Virus record (IMG/VR): IMGVR_UViG_3300016484_001516
Span: 1-55,019 of that record
Length of the DNA: 55,019 bases
Direction: 5' to 3' (one strand)
Source of the DNA: a virus
Taxonomy: Duplodnaviria > Caudoviricetes
This document shows positions 8,311 through 18,116 of this stretch, piece by piece. Positions within the stretch are counted from its first letter, which is position 1. Each line of letters starts with the position of its first letter. Made by a program: the position numbers and the translations under genes. The notes beneath the pieces are model-generated. The model did no database searches, had not been told where the DNA came from, and was given only the letters and a program-made list of their open reading frames with translations.

Positions 8311-8490
8311 ATGGCAACCTACGAAGGGCAAATATTAGAAAATGTTTCCCACTACCAAAAAGTAAAAAAACTTTTGGAAGGGCGAAAAGATAGAGAGGCT
8401 ATCGAAATGATAATACACTGCAACACTACAATCGCAGAATATAATCAGTTCGAGGGAGAAGATTGGGAAGAAGATTCGGAGGAAGAATAG
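8311..8490 (+). CDS. Small acidic hypothetical protein (59 aa, not in ORF track)
   Basis: MATYEGQILEN...WEEDSEEE; starts at the third junction motif. Confidence 0.6.
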   Translation: MATYEGQILENVSHYQKVKKLLEGRKDREAIEMIIHCNTTIAEYNQFEGEDWEEDSEEE

Positions 8491-8577
8491 GAAGAAACCG
8501 AATCCATACCCAAATTCACCAAGTTCAGCATATTATCTCTTATTCAAGAAGAGGAACTTGATTGAGCAACCAACTAT

Positions 8578-8673
8578 ATGAACACAATTATCATTCACTT
8601 AGGGGGCGGAGAGGAAGAACAAGGTCAGAGTAGTTCCGACACAACTCCCAATCCGAACCCCACAAAACCTTAG
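8578..8673 (+). CDS. Possible 31-aa peptide
   Basis: MNTIIIHLGGGEEEQGQSSSDTTPNPNPTKP; stop 3 nt before the gam ATG. Confidence 0.35.
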   Translation: MNTIIIHLGGGEEEQGQSSSDTTPNPNPTKP

Positions 8674-8676
8674 ATT

Positions 8677-9198
8677 ATGGCAAAAAAAAGAGCAACAGTT
8701 TCCTTCGAGGAACAAGAAAAAGCCGCCCAAGCTGCCATGCAGCAATTTGATGAGGCTGTTTCAAAAAAGGCAAAGTTAGTTGGGCAGATGGACGAGGAAT
8801 TGAACGCTGTCCGAGAAAAGTATGCAAGTGAAGTCAATGATTGCGACAACATTATTGCGGAAAAGGAGAAAGAGCTGAAAGAGTTTGCGAAGAAAAACCC
8901 GCAGTTATTTGAAGGAAGAAAGACTTTCGCGCTCGTGCATGGTACAGTTGGATTTAGAACGGGAACACCAAAAGTGAAATTCCTTTCGGGTTGGAATGAA
9001 GAAAGCATCTTAGATGCAATCCAAAAAACGCCTCTTGCATCTTATGTCGTTACGATGGAAAAGATTGATAAAGAAGGTATTATCCGAGATAGAGATAATT
9101 TGAAGGTGGAAGATTTGGCGAGGGTAGGAATGTCGGTGGTGCAAGATGAAAAAATACACGTCATTCCTGCTTCGGCAGCAGAAAACACGAAAAATTGA
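8677..9198 (+). CDS. gam: Mu Gam-like host-nuclease inhibitor (DNA end protection)
   Basis: Long N-terminal helix then RKTFALVHGTVGFRTGTPKV...EKIDKEGI...VGMSVVQDE. Confidence 0.88.
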   Translation: MAKKRATVSFEEQEKAAQAAMQQFDEAVSKKAKLVGQMDEELNAVREKYASEVNDCDNIIAEKEKELKEFAKKNPQLFEGRKTFALVHGTVGFRTGTPKVKFLSGWNEESILDAIQKTPLASYVVTMEKIDKEGIIRDRDNLKVEDLARVGMSVVQDEKIHVIPASAAENTKN

Positions 9199-9290
9199 GG
9201 TAAAATTGTTCAAGTGTGTAAACGGGGAGCATTGATGAGAGATTAATGCTCCCAATTGAAAAAAGAATCACCCAAAAAAATTAAAAAAAG

Positions 9291-9455
9291 ATGAGTAAAG
9301 TAAAAAAATGCCCAAACTGCCAAAAGGAATGGACAGAGGAAGAAATCAAATATCAAGAATGTAACGATTGTTGGTATCCCAATTTCGAACCTGATGAATC
9401 CGAAACGGACTACTACCCAATGGATGGCGGGTGGTTGGATATAGAGGAAGATTGA
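9291..9455 (+). CDS. Small zinc-ribbon protein (54 aa, not in ORF track)
   Basis: CPNC...CNDC pairs, acidic tail. Confidence 0.6.
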   Translation: MSKVKKCPNCQKEWTEEEIKYQECNDCWYPNFEPDESETDYYPMDGGWLDIEED

Positions 9456-9529
9456 GTTATTGAAATGGGATTCTATTGGCACTCAATAGAATCCCAAAAT
9501 AAAAAGAATCACTAATAAATAATTTAAAA

Positions 9530-9658
9530 ATGCAAATTAAAATCATTCCAAACGGCAATAATTGGGAAGCTTGGGTTGATGGAGAACTGGTAGTCTCTCA
9601 CCCAAAGAAAGAAGGGGTCATAATATTTCTAAAGACTAGATACGACTATGATGCTTAA
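9530..9658 (+). CDS. Small hypothetical protein (42 aa)
   Basis: MQIKIIPNGNNWEAWVDGE...; AT-rich leader, overlaps the next start. Confidence 0.45.
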   Translation: MQIKIIPNGNNWEAWVDGELVVSHPKKEGVIIFLKTRYDYDA

Positions 9659-10169
9659 AGTATTCAAACACAATATAATAAGTAAAAAGTATTTGGTTTT
9701 TCTTGAGAATGGAAATGAGAGGATGTGCCTCCATGTGGAGGGAAAAGAATCTCATTTTCTATCCCTCGACAAGAAAAGCTATGAGCGAAATCTTGAGGCA
9801 ATATCTGCAAGGAATGATGTAAGTGAGAGTAATTATGAGGAAATGATACGCGGTTGCGATTGGGCGGTAAAACATATTGTATTGGCTTTTTTCTTGAAAA
9901 TATCAATTGCCCGTAGCTATCTGCCAACTGTAAAACCAAGTATCACCACAGGAGATAGAGTGTGCTACTATTATAGCATTTCCGCTATCAGAGAAAAAGT
10001 GCAATTCCTATATGAAAGTCGGTTCATGGGAGAAATATTCTCCACATACGATGAAGCACTCGAAGAAGCCCTAATATGGGCATTAGACCAGTATTACATC
10101 AGACAAAAATTCCAAGCAACTAGGGACAATGAGCAGCATACAAAAGATACAAGCGCAGCCAATAGCTAA
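9648..10169 (+). CDS. Hypothetical phage protein
   Basis: Operonic ORF; FSTYDEALEEAL motif common in phage hypotheticals. Confidence 0.65.
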   Translation: MMLKVFKHNIISKKYLVFLENGNERMCLHVEGKESHFLSLDKKSYERNLEAISARNDVSESNYEEMIRGCDWAVKHIVLAFFLKISIARSYLPTVKPSITTGDRVCYYYSISAIREKVQFLYESRFMGEIFSTYDEALEEALIWALDQYYIRQKFQATRDNEQHTKDTSAANS

Positions 10170-10869
10170 ACTAACGGAAGAAGAGCGCACATTATTCGTA
10201 GAATCAGTCGTGAATTACAAGATTTTGGCGGGGTTGGAATTCGATGAAAACGACAAAAAGCAAGCAATTCGGATTAGTGCGCAGGTAAACATGATGATTA
10301 AGCACTTCGCTCACTTCTCTGTACAGGATATTGAAACTGCATTCGAATACGCTTACATAGGCAAGCTCGACCATTTCGGAGTGAAAGATGAAATGCTGAT
10401 AAGCAATCCATTACGCATCTTGAATGCTTACCGCCAATATGTCGTTGATACGCGCAGCGATATTAAGCCTGTCGAGCCAATGCCTCAAGAAATAACTAAA
10501 GAGGCAAACAAAAAGGCGGCAAGCGAAACCATTGCCGAATTTTGGCAATTGGTGCAAAAAAACTCCAAAATAGATATATTCGGCAGCGGCTCGTTCAAGT
10601 TCGCGCTCATGTGGGATATTCTACTTGCGGAAGGTCGCGTGAAAAATGAAGGATTCGAAGAGTTGGAAAAAGAAACTTACCTTCAAGTGATTGAAAAGAT
10701 ACGCAATGTCGCTTACAACATCAGTGGAGCAAAGCGGCAAGAAATATACAATGAATGGAATAAGGGAAATATTCATCCCGCTTTGGAGCATGAAGCTAGA
10801 ACCCCCATAAAAGCAAAAAAATTGCAATACTACATAAATGAGCAACACAGAATCTTAAATGCAAAGTAA
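10129..10869 (+). CDS. Hypothetical phage protein
   Basis: 246-aa ORF in operon. Confidence 0.7.
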   Translation: MSSIQKIQAQPIAKLTEEERTLFVESVVNYKILAGLEFDENDKKQAIRISAQVNMMIKHFAHFSVQDIETAFEYAYIGKLDHFGVKDEMLISNPLRILNAYRQYVVDTRSDIKPVEPMPQEITKEANKKAASETIAEFWQLVQKNSKIDIFGSGSFKFALMWDILLAEGRVKNEGFEELEKETYLQVIEKIRNVAYNISGAKRQEIYNEWNKGNIHPALEHEARTPIKAKKLQYYINEQHRILNAK

Positions 10870-11492
10870 TGAAATACAATCTATTACATAAAGTTTGGCT
10901 GATATGTCAATGCCCGATTGTTTTCTTCTGCCAGTGGGAAGGTAAAATTCTTCTCAAGTTGGAAAAAAGAAATAAGCCTTTATCCCCAAATTTCAAGGTT
11001 ATTAGGTACGAAAAAATAACCTCATCTGATTCGTATGCAGATGTGAGTTGGCAAGGAAAAAAAGAGAAAAGGAACTTAGAAGTAGTGGTATGCGAGGTAT
11101 ATGAGTCTCAATTGGATTTCATTCCGCAGCCAAATTATTTCCCTGAGAAATATCAGGCAGGGAACTTATCCCGAATTCACGAAAAAGAAATAAACCAACA
11201 AAATATGCTTCTTCTGCACACACAAAAGCATTTTGCGATTAATGTGGAGAGAGGCGGAGAAAAAGCGCGGGAAAAGTACCTTACAGAAAAATTAATGTCA
11301 AAGCCGCTATTGTACGAAGATTTGGTACGAATGAAGGACGAAATAGATAAAATGCCCATCCCTTCTATTCGTTTTCCCACAAAAGATGAAGTAATGCTTA
11401 ACTACGGAGAACTTATGGAAGACCATGATGCTTTCATTTCACGATTTTTCCCGCACATCTATGAACACAATACAAAACCTGATAATCAATAG
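10869..11492 (+). CDS. Hypothetical phage protein
   Basis: 207-aa ORF, TAATG coupling. Confidence 0.7.
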   Translation: MKYNLLHKVWLICQCPIVFFCQWEGKILLKLEKRNKPLSPNFKVIRYEKITSSDSYADVSWQGKKEKRNLEVVVCEVYESQLDFIPQPNYFPEKYQAGNLSRIHEKEINQQNMLLLHTQKHFAINVERGGEKAREKYLTEKLMSKPLLYEDLVRMKDEIDKMPIPSIRFPTKDEVMLNYGELMEDHDAFISRFFPHIYEHNTKPDNQ

Positions 11493-11880
11493 CGTGTGTC
11501 GCGCCCATCAGTTGCCGAGAGAGCTGGTATTGGGCGACAGCCGACATGGTACGGTGGTCGAAGCAAGGAAACAGTGCGCAGTTCTGCTGCGCGACTTCTG
11601 CCAATTAGAACTGAAAAAAATTGCGGAAATAATGGGGCGCAGATGCCATACAACGGTATTGAACCACATTTATGGACATAAGAAGTTGTTCCGAAACGAC
11701 CAAAATTATGCAAGAAAATACAGATTATCAGTAGAGTACATCAATGCCAATACGATTGATATGAGAGAAAATATGTTTCAAGTGTTGAAATATTGTTATG
11801 ATGCGGGCAAGGAAGGTAGGAATTGGGAGGAAATACTTACTGTTATTTCTTCCATGAGTCAAGAATTAAAACAGAATTAA
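11461..11880 (+). CDS. DnaA C-terminal (Bac_DnaA_C)-like HTH protein
   Basis: IINSVC...VLGDSR...VEARK...LKKIAEIMGRRCHTTVLNH. Confidence 0.8.
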   Translation: MNTIQNLIINSVCRAHQLPRELVLGDSRHGTVVEARKQCAVLLRDFCQLELKKIAEIMGRRCHTTVLNHIYGHKKLFRNDQNYARKYRLSVEYINANTIDMRENMFQVLKYCYDAGKEGRNWEEILTVISSMSQELKQN

Positions 11881-11893
11881 AAGCGAATTAAAA

Positions 11894-12550
11894 ATGGAGA
11901 ATAAAGGGCAAAAACACTTTTGGACAGAGGAGGAAAAAGCATATTTGATTGAAAAGTATGCGGACACTCCAACGAAAAAAATAGCGGAGCATCTTGGAAT
12001 AAGTATCAGCAAAATATATTGGTACGCCAACAATATTGGACTGAAAAAGTCCAAAGAATGCATCGCGCAAACCTCGAAAGAAAACATATCTGAATCTTTT
12101 ATGTACAGCGGCAAAGGTCGCATCCCCCACAATAAGGGCGTTCCCATGAGTGAGGAAGCCTACGAAAAATGTAAACACACATTTTTCAAAAAGGGGCAAA
12201 AGCCGCATAATACGAAAGAGGCGGATGGAGAGATAGTTGTGAGGAGGAATAATGGTTGGAAGACGCTGTGGATTAGAGTGGAGTTAGGGAAATGGGAACA
12301 ACTTCATAGGTGGGTATGGAAACAGGCAAACGGGGAAATACCCAAAGGAAGCGTAATCGCTTTCATTGATGGAGACTCGATGAACTGCGACTTAAGAAAC
12401 TTAAAAATGATTTCCCGTGCGGATAATATGAGAAGGAATTCGATTAATTATCTGCCGCAAGAAATAAAAGATATACTGCACGTAAAAGCAGCGTTCCAAA
12501 GAAAACTAAACACGATAATAAAAAGGTATTATGGCAAAACCAAAAATTGA
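11894..12550 (+). CDS. HNH_3-type endonuclease with N-terminal WTEEE repeat domain
   Basis: FWTEEEKAYL, FKKGQKPHN, LHRWVWKQANGEIPKG...FIDGDSMNCDLRNL..ISRADNMRRN. Confidence 0.8.
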   Translation: MENKGQKHFWTEEEKAYLIEKYADTPTKKIAEHLGISISKIYWYANNIGLKKSKECIAQTSKENISESFMYSGKGRIPHNKGVPMSEEAYEKCKHTFFKKGQKPHNTKEADGEIVVRRNNGWKTLWIRVELGKWEQLHRWVWKQANGEIPKGSVIAFIDGDSMNCDLRNLKMISRADNMRRNSINYLPQEIKDILHVKAAFQRKLNTIIKRYYGKTKN

Positions 12551-12827
12551 TGCAGAACAACTACGTCTTCACCTATTCGCAGCACTTGAGCGAATTAACC
12601 ACGACAATGACGGAAAAAATCCCTTGTCAAATGAGGAATTCGAACTTGAAATCGAAAAGGCTAAGACAGTTTCCATGCTTGCAGACAGCATTATAGGCAT
12701 TGAAAAAGTGCGCCTGCAGCAGGAAGCATTGGCACTTAAAAGAGCGCAAATGATTAGTCAGGGGAAAATTTCTGAACAGGAGAAAAAAGTACTGACAGGG
12801 TCGGCTTTTTTCCAACTCGAAAATTAG
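12531..12827 (+). CDS. Conserved phage protein (usual partner of the preceding HNH gene)
   Basis: LRLHLFAALERI...EIEKAKTVSMLADSII pattern. Confidence 0.65.
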   Translation: MAKPKIDAEQLRLHLFAALERINHDNDGKNPLSNEEFELEIEKAKTVSMLADSIIGIEKVRLQQEALALKRAQMISQGKISEQEKKVLTGSAFFQLEN

Positions 12828-12837
12828 GATTTACACT

Positions 12838-12870
12838 GCTAATAGCCCCCGTAAATCGGAGGCTATTAGC
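12838..12870 (+). terminator. Hairpin/attenuator in the early operon
   Basis: GCTAATAGCC...GGCTATTAGC stem; no U-tract on +. Confidence 0.4.
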
Positions 12871-12888
12871 CCCAAAAACAAAAAAAAG

Positions 12889-13206
12889 ATGACAAAATAT
12901 ATAAATGTAATCACAGGCGAAAAGTTTTGCGCGGATACTTACAAATTTTCGGAAAATAATGTGGTACGGATATGCGCAATAGAAACATATATTCCAAGAA
13001 CTTGGACCGTTCTTATTGCCAACGAGCGAGATATAGATGAAAAATATCCCATCAGCAATAAAAAAAATGGTCAGTTAATCGAGATTCAGATTAACGGACA
13101 AAAAAAATATTGGAATATTGATAACCAAACACTTAGCAGCGTTCCACCGCTTACTGATAATGAAATAATAGCATTAAGGAAACTTCGCAATCGAAAAAAA
13201 CCATGA
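12889..13206 (+). CDS. Hypothetical protein
   Basis: 105-aa ORF. Confidence 0.6.
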   Translation: MTKYINVITGEKFCADTYKFSENNVVRICAIETYIPRTWTVLIANERDIDEKYPISNKKNGQLIEIQINGQKKYWNIDNQTLSSVPPLTDNEIIALRKLRNRKKP

Positions 13207-13532
13207 CAACTGAAGAAAAAATTATTCGAAAATCTATCGCGGCAATTGATAAGCGTTTGGCTTATATTGAATACCTATTGAATTTCAATTACATAGCCGA
13301 ACTGAGAGCCTTACGCAATCCGTTCCTTGCCTTGTCCCCTGCGGAGGCAGCCCTAAAAGTAAAGGAACACATCAAAGCAGAGAGAAAACTAGAGAAAACA
13401 TGGGAAAAATCCATGAAATCAGTCGAATTAATTGAAGAAAAGGTAAAACTCGAATTAGAACTTGCCAACCTCAATAACAGGCTATATTGGATTGAAAGAA
13501 CAAAAATTAGAAATCATGCCAATAAACTATAA
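13203..13532 (+). CDS. Hypothetical coiled-coil protein
   Basis: 109-aa ORF, ATGA overlap. Confidence 0.6.
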   Translation: MTTEEKIIRKSIAAIDKRLAYIEYLLNFNYIAELRALRNPFLALSPAEAALKVKEHIKAERKLEKTWEKSMKSVELIEEKVKLELELANLNNRLYWIERTKIRNHANKL

Positions 13533-13968
13533 AGAATATCCGAAGGATTGGAAACTGATAGTTGCCCGAATTAAACAGCGAGCGAATAACTGCTGCGAAT
13601 CCTGCGGGCTTCCCAATTACATAATCGGTTACAGGCAGGATAATGGGAAATTCGTTTCACTTGAACACCTTCGCCCGTACCAAAAGAGAAAATACATAGT
13701 GTGGGAGAATGGAGAGAGCCGAGTAGTGCATCTATGGGGTAAGTTGCCCAACGGAAAAAAGCTAATTCAAATAAGATTGACCATTGCACACCTCGACCAT
13801 GACCACCGAAATCACCAAGTGACTGACGACAGGCTGAAAGCATTATGCCAAGATTGCCACCTAAGATACGACTTAGCTCGCCACATCAGAAAGAGAAAAT
13901 ACGGTATGGGCGTGTATGAGCAGCCCACATTATTCGAAAAAGAAGAATTTCAACAAACTATTAAATAA
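13516..13968 (+). CDS. HNH endonuclease-like zinc-finger protein
   Basis: MPINYKEYPKDW, CCESCG, LTIAHLDHDHRN, LKALCQDCHLRYD. Confidence 0.82.
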   Translation: MPINYKEYPKDWKLIVARIKQRANNCCESCGLPNYIIGYRQDNGKFVSLEHLRPYQKRKYIVWENGESRVVHLWGKLPNGKKLIQIRLTIAHLDHDHRNHQVTDDRLKALCQDCHLRYDLARHIRKRKYGMGVYEQPTLFEKEEFQQTIK

Positions 13969-13976
13969 AAAAGGAC

Positions 13977-15008
13977 ATGGCATTAGATTTCACAAACACA
14001 ACAATCCGCATCGCTTCGGTGCATCAGATTGGCAACAAGTCGCGGGGAGAGGAGATTGTATTTTCCAAAGCTCCCCTCAACATTGAGGGCGACCACATTC
14101 ACGCACTATTAATGATGTACTTCCTTTCCCCTTTTCGCGGAGAAGATTTGTACAATTTTTCGCGGGAAGATGGTGGTAATGCGATTTTTGCTCATAGCGA
14201 GAGCATTTTTAGAGATGTGGAACAGCAAAATTTTCATTCAGTTTCGATTAGCATTGCAAACCTTCTGTATGAAGCAGCTGCGAACAAGCCCAAAAGCAAA
14301 TCAGGCGAGTTGTATGTCGTTTATTTTGAAGGCGTTATACTTGACGATGAGGAAGTTAGCGCAGTAGGTATTTTCAAATCTGATGCTTGGGACACTTATT
14401 TGAAGGTGGAGGTTGATGGACAAATTAACCAAGCCAACTTTCATATTAATCACGACAAAGGCTTAAATATCAACAATTTGGATAGGGGCTGCCTTGTACT
14501 TAATACGGAAAGAGATAATGGTTTTGTGGTAGCGTGTTTTGATAATTCCTCCTCTACTCTTTGGAAAGAAGATTTTCTCCAACTAAAAGAACGTGCGGAC
14601 AGCTATTCATTCACAAAGAATTATCTTGAATTATCTAGCGGCTTTATGGTTGCGGAAGACCCAATTGAGCAAATCAACAATACCCAACGGCTAATTGACT
14701 ATTTCAAATCGAATAAAAACTTTGATGCGCAGGTATTCGGGGAGGAAGTGATTATTGATGATGATAAAATGAAGTTTTTAGATGGGAAAAAACAACTTGT
14801 TGAGGAGGAAAAGGGAATCCAAATCCCACCATCTTTTGAGATTAATCCCAAGGCGGTGAAGAAATTCAAGTTGCAACCGCAAAAAACGATTCAACTTGAC
14901 AATAAAGTGACCATAACCGTTACAAATCCAAACGTTATCATTAAACGCGGCTTTGATGAGGTTGCGGGACAAAAGTTCTATCAAATTTATTATGATAACG
15001 AAAAGTAA
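13977..15008 (+). CDS. Nucleoid-associated protein, YejK/NA37 family (Bacteroidota type)
   Basis: VHQIGNKSRGE, YFLSPF, KSGELYVVYF, AVGIFKS, GLNINNLDRGCLVLN, WKEDFL, IQLDN...GFDE...FYQIYYDNE. Confidence 0.8.
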   Translation: MALDFTNTTIRIASVHQIGNKSRGEEIVFSKAPLNIEGDHIHALLMMYFLSPFRGEDLYNFSREDGGNAIFAHSESIFRDVEQQNFHSVSISIANLLYEAAANKPKSKSGELYVVYFEGVILDDEEVSAVGIFKSDAWDTYLKVEVDGQINQANFHINHDKGLNINNLDRGCLVLNTERDNGFVVACFDNSSSTLWKEDFLQLKERADSYSFTKNYLELSSGFMVAEDPIEQINNTQRLIDYFKSNKNFDAQVFGEEVIIDDDKMKFLDGKKQLVEEEKGIQIPPSFEINPKAVKKFKLQPQKTIQLDNKVTITVTNPNVIIKRGFDEVAGQKFYQIYYDNEK

Positions 15009-15685
15009 TGGCATTTAGAATCAGACAAAATAGGGAAGATTTCGATATTGAGTACACCAGCTACAGAGCTGCCATTCATATCAGGAAAGAAAATGGGCAT
15101 CATACGTTTTTGAACGCATTCGAGAACCAGTATTATTATGCTCCATTAGCACTCGAAATCATTTGCGATTATGCCTCTTCTTTTGAGTTTCTCCTGCTGA
15201 TGGCGAAAAAGAAGGGCGTAAATACAGATAATTTCTACTTCTATGTATTGAAAGGGAGGGATATTGTGAGCGACACTGACCTCAGTATCAATTTCCCACT
15301 TGAAGAAGGCGAATACATAGAAGATGAATGGTCTGAATATAAAATGTTACCTGGTCATTATGCTTGGTATAAAATAGGAAAAAGAGGGCATTTATTCTAC
15401 GACAAAACCTTGTATTTCTTTCCAAAAGAGGAAAATGGTTACTGGACAGGAATAAATCATGTACAAAGTACGACCTCCGCCACCTTCCAAGCAGCCATTG
15501 CGATTGTGAAAAGATGTGAGAACGATACCCAACAAATCACTTGGGAACTATTCCTCCGCCTGTGCGGAGCTTGCAAAGAATGGCTCAACCGCCATCCGAT
15601 GTCTTATACCAATCAATGCGGTACAAGGATTTCAAATGTAAATGCCATTAACAAGTTTGTGGAGAAGTGGCAGCAAACGCACTAA
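15008..15685 (+). CDS. Hypothetical protein
   Basis: 225-aa ORF, TAATG coupling. Confidence 0.7.
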   Translation: MAFRIRQNREDFDIEYTSYRAAIHIRKENGHHTFLNAFENQYYYAPLALEIICDYASSFEFLLLMAKKKGVNTDNFYFYVLKGRDIVSDTDLSINFPLEEGEYIEDEWSEYKMLPGHYAWYKIGKRGHLFYDKTLYFFPKEENGYWTGINHVQSTTSATFQAAIAIVKRCENDTQQITWELFLRLCGACKEWLNRHPMSYTNQCGTRISNVNAINKFVEKWQQTH

Positions 15686-15690
15686 ACAAA

Positions 15691-15730
15691 AAACGGCTTG
15701 TAAATGCTTGCTTGCGTTTGCAAGCCGTTT
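15691..15730 (+). terminator. Intrinsic terminator/attenuator
   Basis: AAACGGCTTG(T)AAA...TTTGCAAGCCGTTT stem. Confidence 0.55.
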
Positions 15731-15834
15731 CCCTTCAAAAAAATACGCAAAACATTAAAAAAATATTCCACAAAAATTCTAAAAAATATTCCTAAAACAT
15801 AAAGAATGGATAATCAATAACAATAGAGAAGGTT

Positions 15835-16137
15835 ATGGCATTTGTAAACAAACATGAAGGCAAATTTTGGGCGGAGATGCGGGAAACTTTTTTCCAAAAA
15901 TTAGAAAGAGGCAATCCCCATCTCACGCGCACAGAAATCGAAGATTATATGCAAAAGCAAACTGACGCATGGGGAGCTATTGGGTATGACCTTCGCCCAA
16001 CTGAAGATGGCGGATTGAAGATTATTGACTGGACAGATACGCTAGGTGCGAAGCCTGAAACGAAGAAAGAGGAGGCGAAAAAGCCTGTTCTTTCCAAAAT
16101 CAAAAATTCAAGTCAAAACCAAATATCACTATTCTGA
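15835..16137 (+). CDS. Hypothetical protein with C-terminal beta-clamp-like motif
   Basis: Ends QISLF (QLxLF-like). Confidence 0.65.
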   Translation: MAFVNKHEGKFWAEMRETFFQKLERGNPHLTRTEIEDYMQKQTDAWGAIGYDLRPTEDGGLKIIDWTDTLGAKPETKKEEAKKPVLSKIKNSSQNQISLF

Positions 16138-16460
16138 TGAGCAATATTATAGAAATTAACGGCAAAGTTTTCCGAACGGAAAAAATCTCCTACGTAGGGG
16201 AAATCATGTACGAGACAAAAGATGATTGGCGACCAAACAATTATGCCACAAAGCTTTCGGCTACAATCCGAGTGATTTGTGATGGGCAGGATGTCAATAT
16301 CGGTTTTTTGGAAATTGTTATTTTGAAGGGTAATACTCCCCAACATTGTGATGTTTCTTTTGACGATTTCAAGAAGAAACTTAATTCCGAAAAGCAAAAG
16401 TTCGAATCTTTCTGTGAGGACGAAAGAGAAAAAATAATAATTGCTATGATGCACAATTAA
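16137..16460 (+). CDS. Hypothetical protein
   Basis: 107-aa ORF, TGATG coupling. Confidence 0.65.
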   Translation: MSNIIEINGKVFRTEKISYVGEIMYETKDDWRPNNYATKLSATIRVICDGQDVNIGFLEIVILKGNTPQHCDVSFDDFKKKLNSEKQKFESFCEDEREKIIIAMMHN

Positions 16461-16469
16461 TCAATTAAT

Positions 16470-16823
16470 ATGCAAACAATTGAAAAGCAGTTAGAATCAC
16501 TTGCGGCAAAGGCAGGACAAATGCTTATCAAAATTATTGAAAGTAATTCTGATGATGCGCGTAAAGCAGCCCTTGATTTTTCCATCTCAATCAGGGGCGG
16601 AGAGCTGCGAAAATCCATAGAAGAAGTCGCTGACAACTTCAGGTGGAAAAAACCACAAAAAGATGGGTTGCCTCCCATCGGAACGGTATGCGCAATAAGA
16701 AAGCATGGCGAAACTATGATTGGACGTTTGGTTGATACGGAGGAATGGGATGATTGGGAAGTGAATGGCGAGTATGAGGATTGTGTGGAAGAATACTTTG
16801 TACTCCCGCAGAAAAATGATTAA
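16470..16823 (+). CDS. Hypothetical phage protein (DUF551-like C-terminus)
   Basis: RWKKPQKDGLPPIG...WEV...VEEYFVLP. Confidence 0.55.
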   Translation: MQTIEKQLESLAAKAGQMLIKIIESNSDDARKAALDFSISIRGGELRKSIEEVADNFRWKKPQKDGLPPIGTVCAIRKHGETMIGRLVDTEEWDDWEVNGEYEDCVEEYFVLPQKND

Positions 16824-16844
16824 AACTTTAATAATCAAATATTT

Positions 16845-17558
16845 ATGGAAAGACCTATTTTATTCACGCGGGAAATGGTGGAGGCTATTCTTCTTGAGCG
16901 GAAAAGCAAAACAAGGAGAATAGCGAAAAACCTGCAAAAATGCCCCTACAAAGTTGGGGATGCACTTTGGGTGAAGGAAACATACTTTCTGTTGGATAAG
17001 GTGCATTATCCTGACCTCCCGCACAAGGTATTATCTAACGGAAAAGTATGCTACTACAATGCAAGCTTTGACCGTTCACGAGGGGCAATTATCAAGAAAC
17101 CTTCGTTATTCATGGCTAAGGAGATGTCCCGCATCAGATTGGAGATTACAGGTGTGAGAGCTGAAAGGTTGCAAGATATTTCGGAACAAGACGCAATTGC
17201 AGAGGGAATAATAGCTTATACCGAAATATCTGCGGGAGGAGTAAGAGATTGTTTCAAGGACTATGATAAGGCAGGAAGAACTGTTGAATCTGCCATAGAA
17301 AGTTATAAAACGCTTTGGGAGAGCATCAATGGGAAAGGTTCTTGGGAAGAAAACCCTTTTGTTTGGGTAATTGAGTTTCAAGAGAAAAAATGTGAGTGTC
17401 TAGAGTTATCCAAACCCGACCATTCCAAAACTGCAAAAGATTTGGAATACATTCAAAAAGATTTGGAATATTTTGAGCCTTTTGGTGTTATGAAAATTGG
17501 AAATGAGATTACGCTTACTGCGAAATGCCGTAAATGCGGTGCTATATACACATTCTAA
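16845..17558 (+). CDS. ASCH/PUA-like phage protein
   Basis: MERPILFTREMVEAIL..KSKTRR, CPYKVGDALWVKET, PSLFM...RIRLEITGVRAERLQDISEQDAIAEG, WEENPFVWVIEF. Confidence 0.8.
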   Translation: MERPILFTREMVEAILLERKSKTRRIAKNLQKCPYKVGDALWVKETYFLLDKVHYPDLPHKVLSNGKVCYYNASFDRSRGAIIKKPSLFMAKEMSRIRLEITGVRAERLQDISEQDAIAEGIIAYTEISAGGVRDCFKDYDKAGRTVESAIESYKTLWESINGKGSWEENPFVWVIEFQEKKCECLELSKPDHSKTAKDLEYIQKDLEYFEPFGVMKIGNEITLTAKCRKCGAIYTF

Positions 17559-17570
17559 AACTTAATCAAA

Positions 17571-18116
17571 ATGGAAATTGTAAAAAAAGCATGGAAAGTG
17601 TGGGTGGACAATGACGAGTTCAATGGCTACCCATACTACGGAAACATAGAAGAACTGCCCACAGTCCATGCAGACTCGGCAGGATTGGCAAAGAAGAAAT
17701 GTGAGTTTAGCTATGATCATTTCACCGAAATACGGAGCAAACGCCATAAAGATGACGATATTGTAATGTTTGAAGGACACGAAATGAGATATTCAAGTGC
17801 AAATCAGATAATTGCGGACAGAAAGAAAAGGGCGGAGAGAATGGAAAAGATACTGCAATTTCCCGAAGATGCACTTTTCTATGTGCAATGTTCGCATGAA
17901 CGTTATATAGGCAACTCAGTAAATTTATGGGCTATTAACGGGAAAGGATATACTATAAATCCTGACAAAGCCCAAAAATACACGCGGCAGGAGATTATGA
18001 CTGATTTCATTGAAAAGGATAGTGATTGTACTTTTTGGGAAGCAAGCCATTTTGAGAGCAAAATCTCTAAACACGTGGATGCGCAGTATTTGGATTTTGC
18101 GTTTGCAGTAAGATAA
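17571..18116 (+). CDS. Conserved hypothetical phage protein
   Basis: FYVQ...YIGNSVNLWAINGKGYT..PDKAQKYT. Confidence 0.7.
   Translation: MEIVKKAWKVWVDNDEFNGYPYYGNIEELPTVHADSAGLAKKKCEFSYDHFTEIRSKRHKDDDIVMFEGHEMRYSSANQIIADRKKRAERMEKILQFPEDALFYVQCSHERYIGNSVNLWAINGKGYTINPDKAQKYTRQEIMTDFIEKDSDCTFWEASHFESKISKHVDAQYLDFAFAVR

Larger units (their letters stand above)
7487..8314 (+). repeat. Three copies of a gene-junction motif ATTATCAAA(CACTT/TAAC)AAATT(T)ATGG
   Basis: 7487-7509, 7847-7870, 8292-8314; each ends in the next gene's ATG. Confidence 0.8.
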
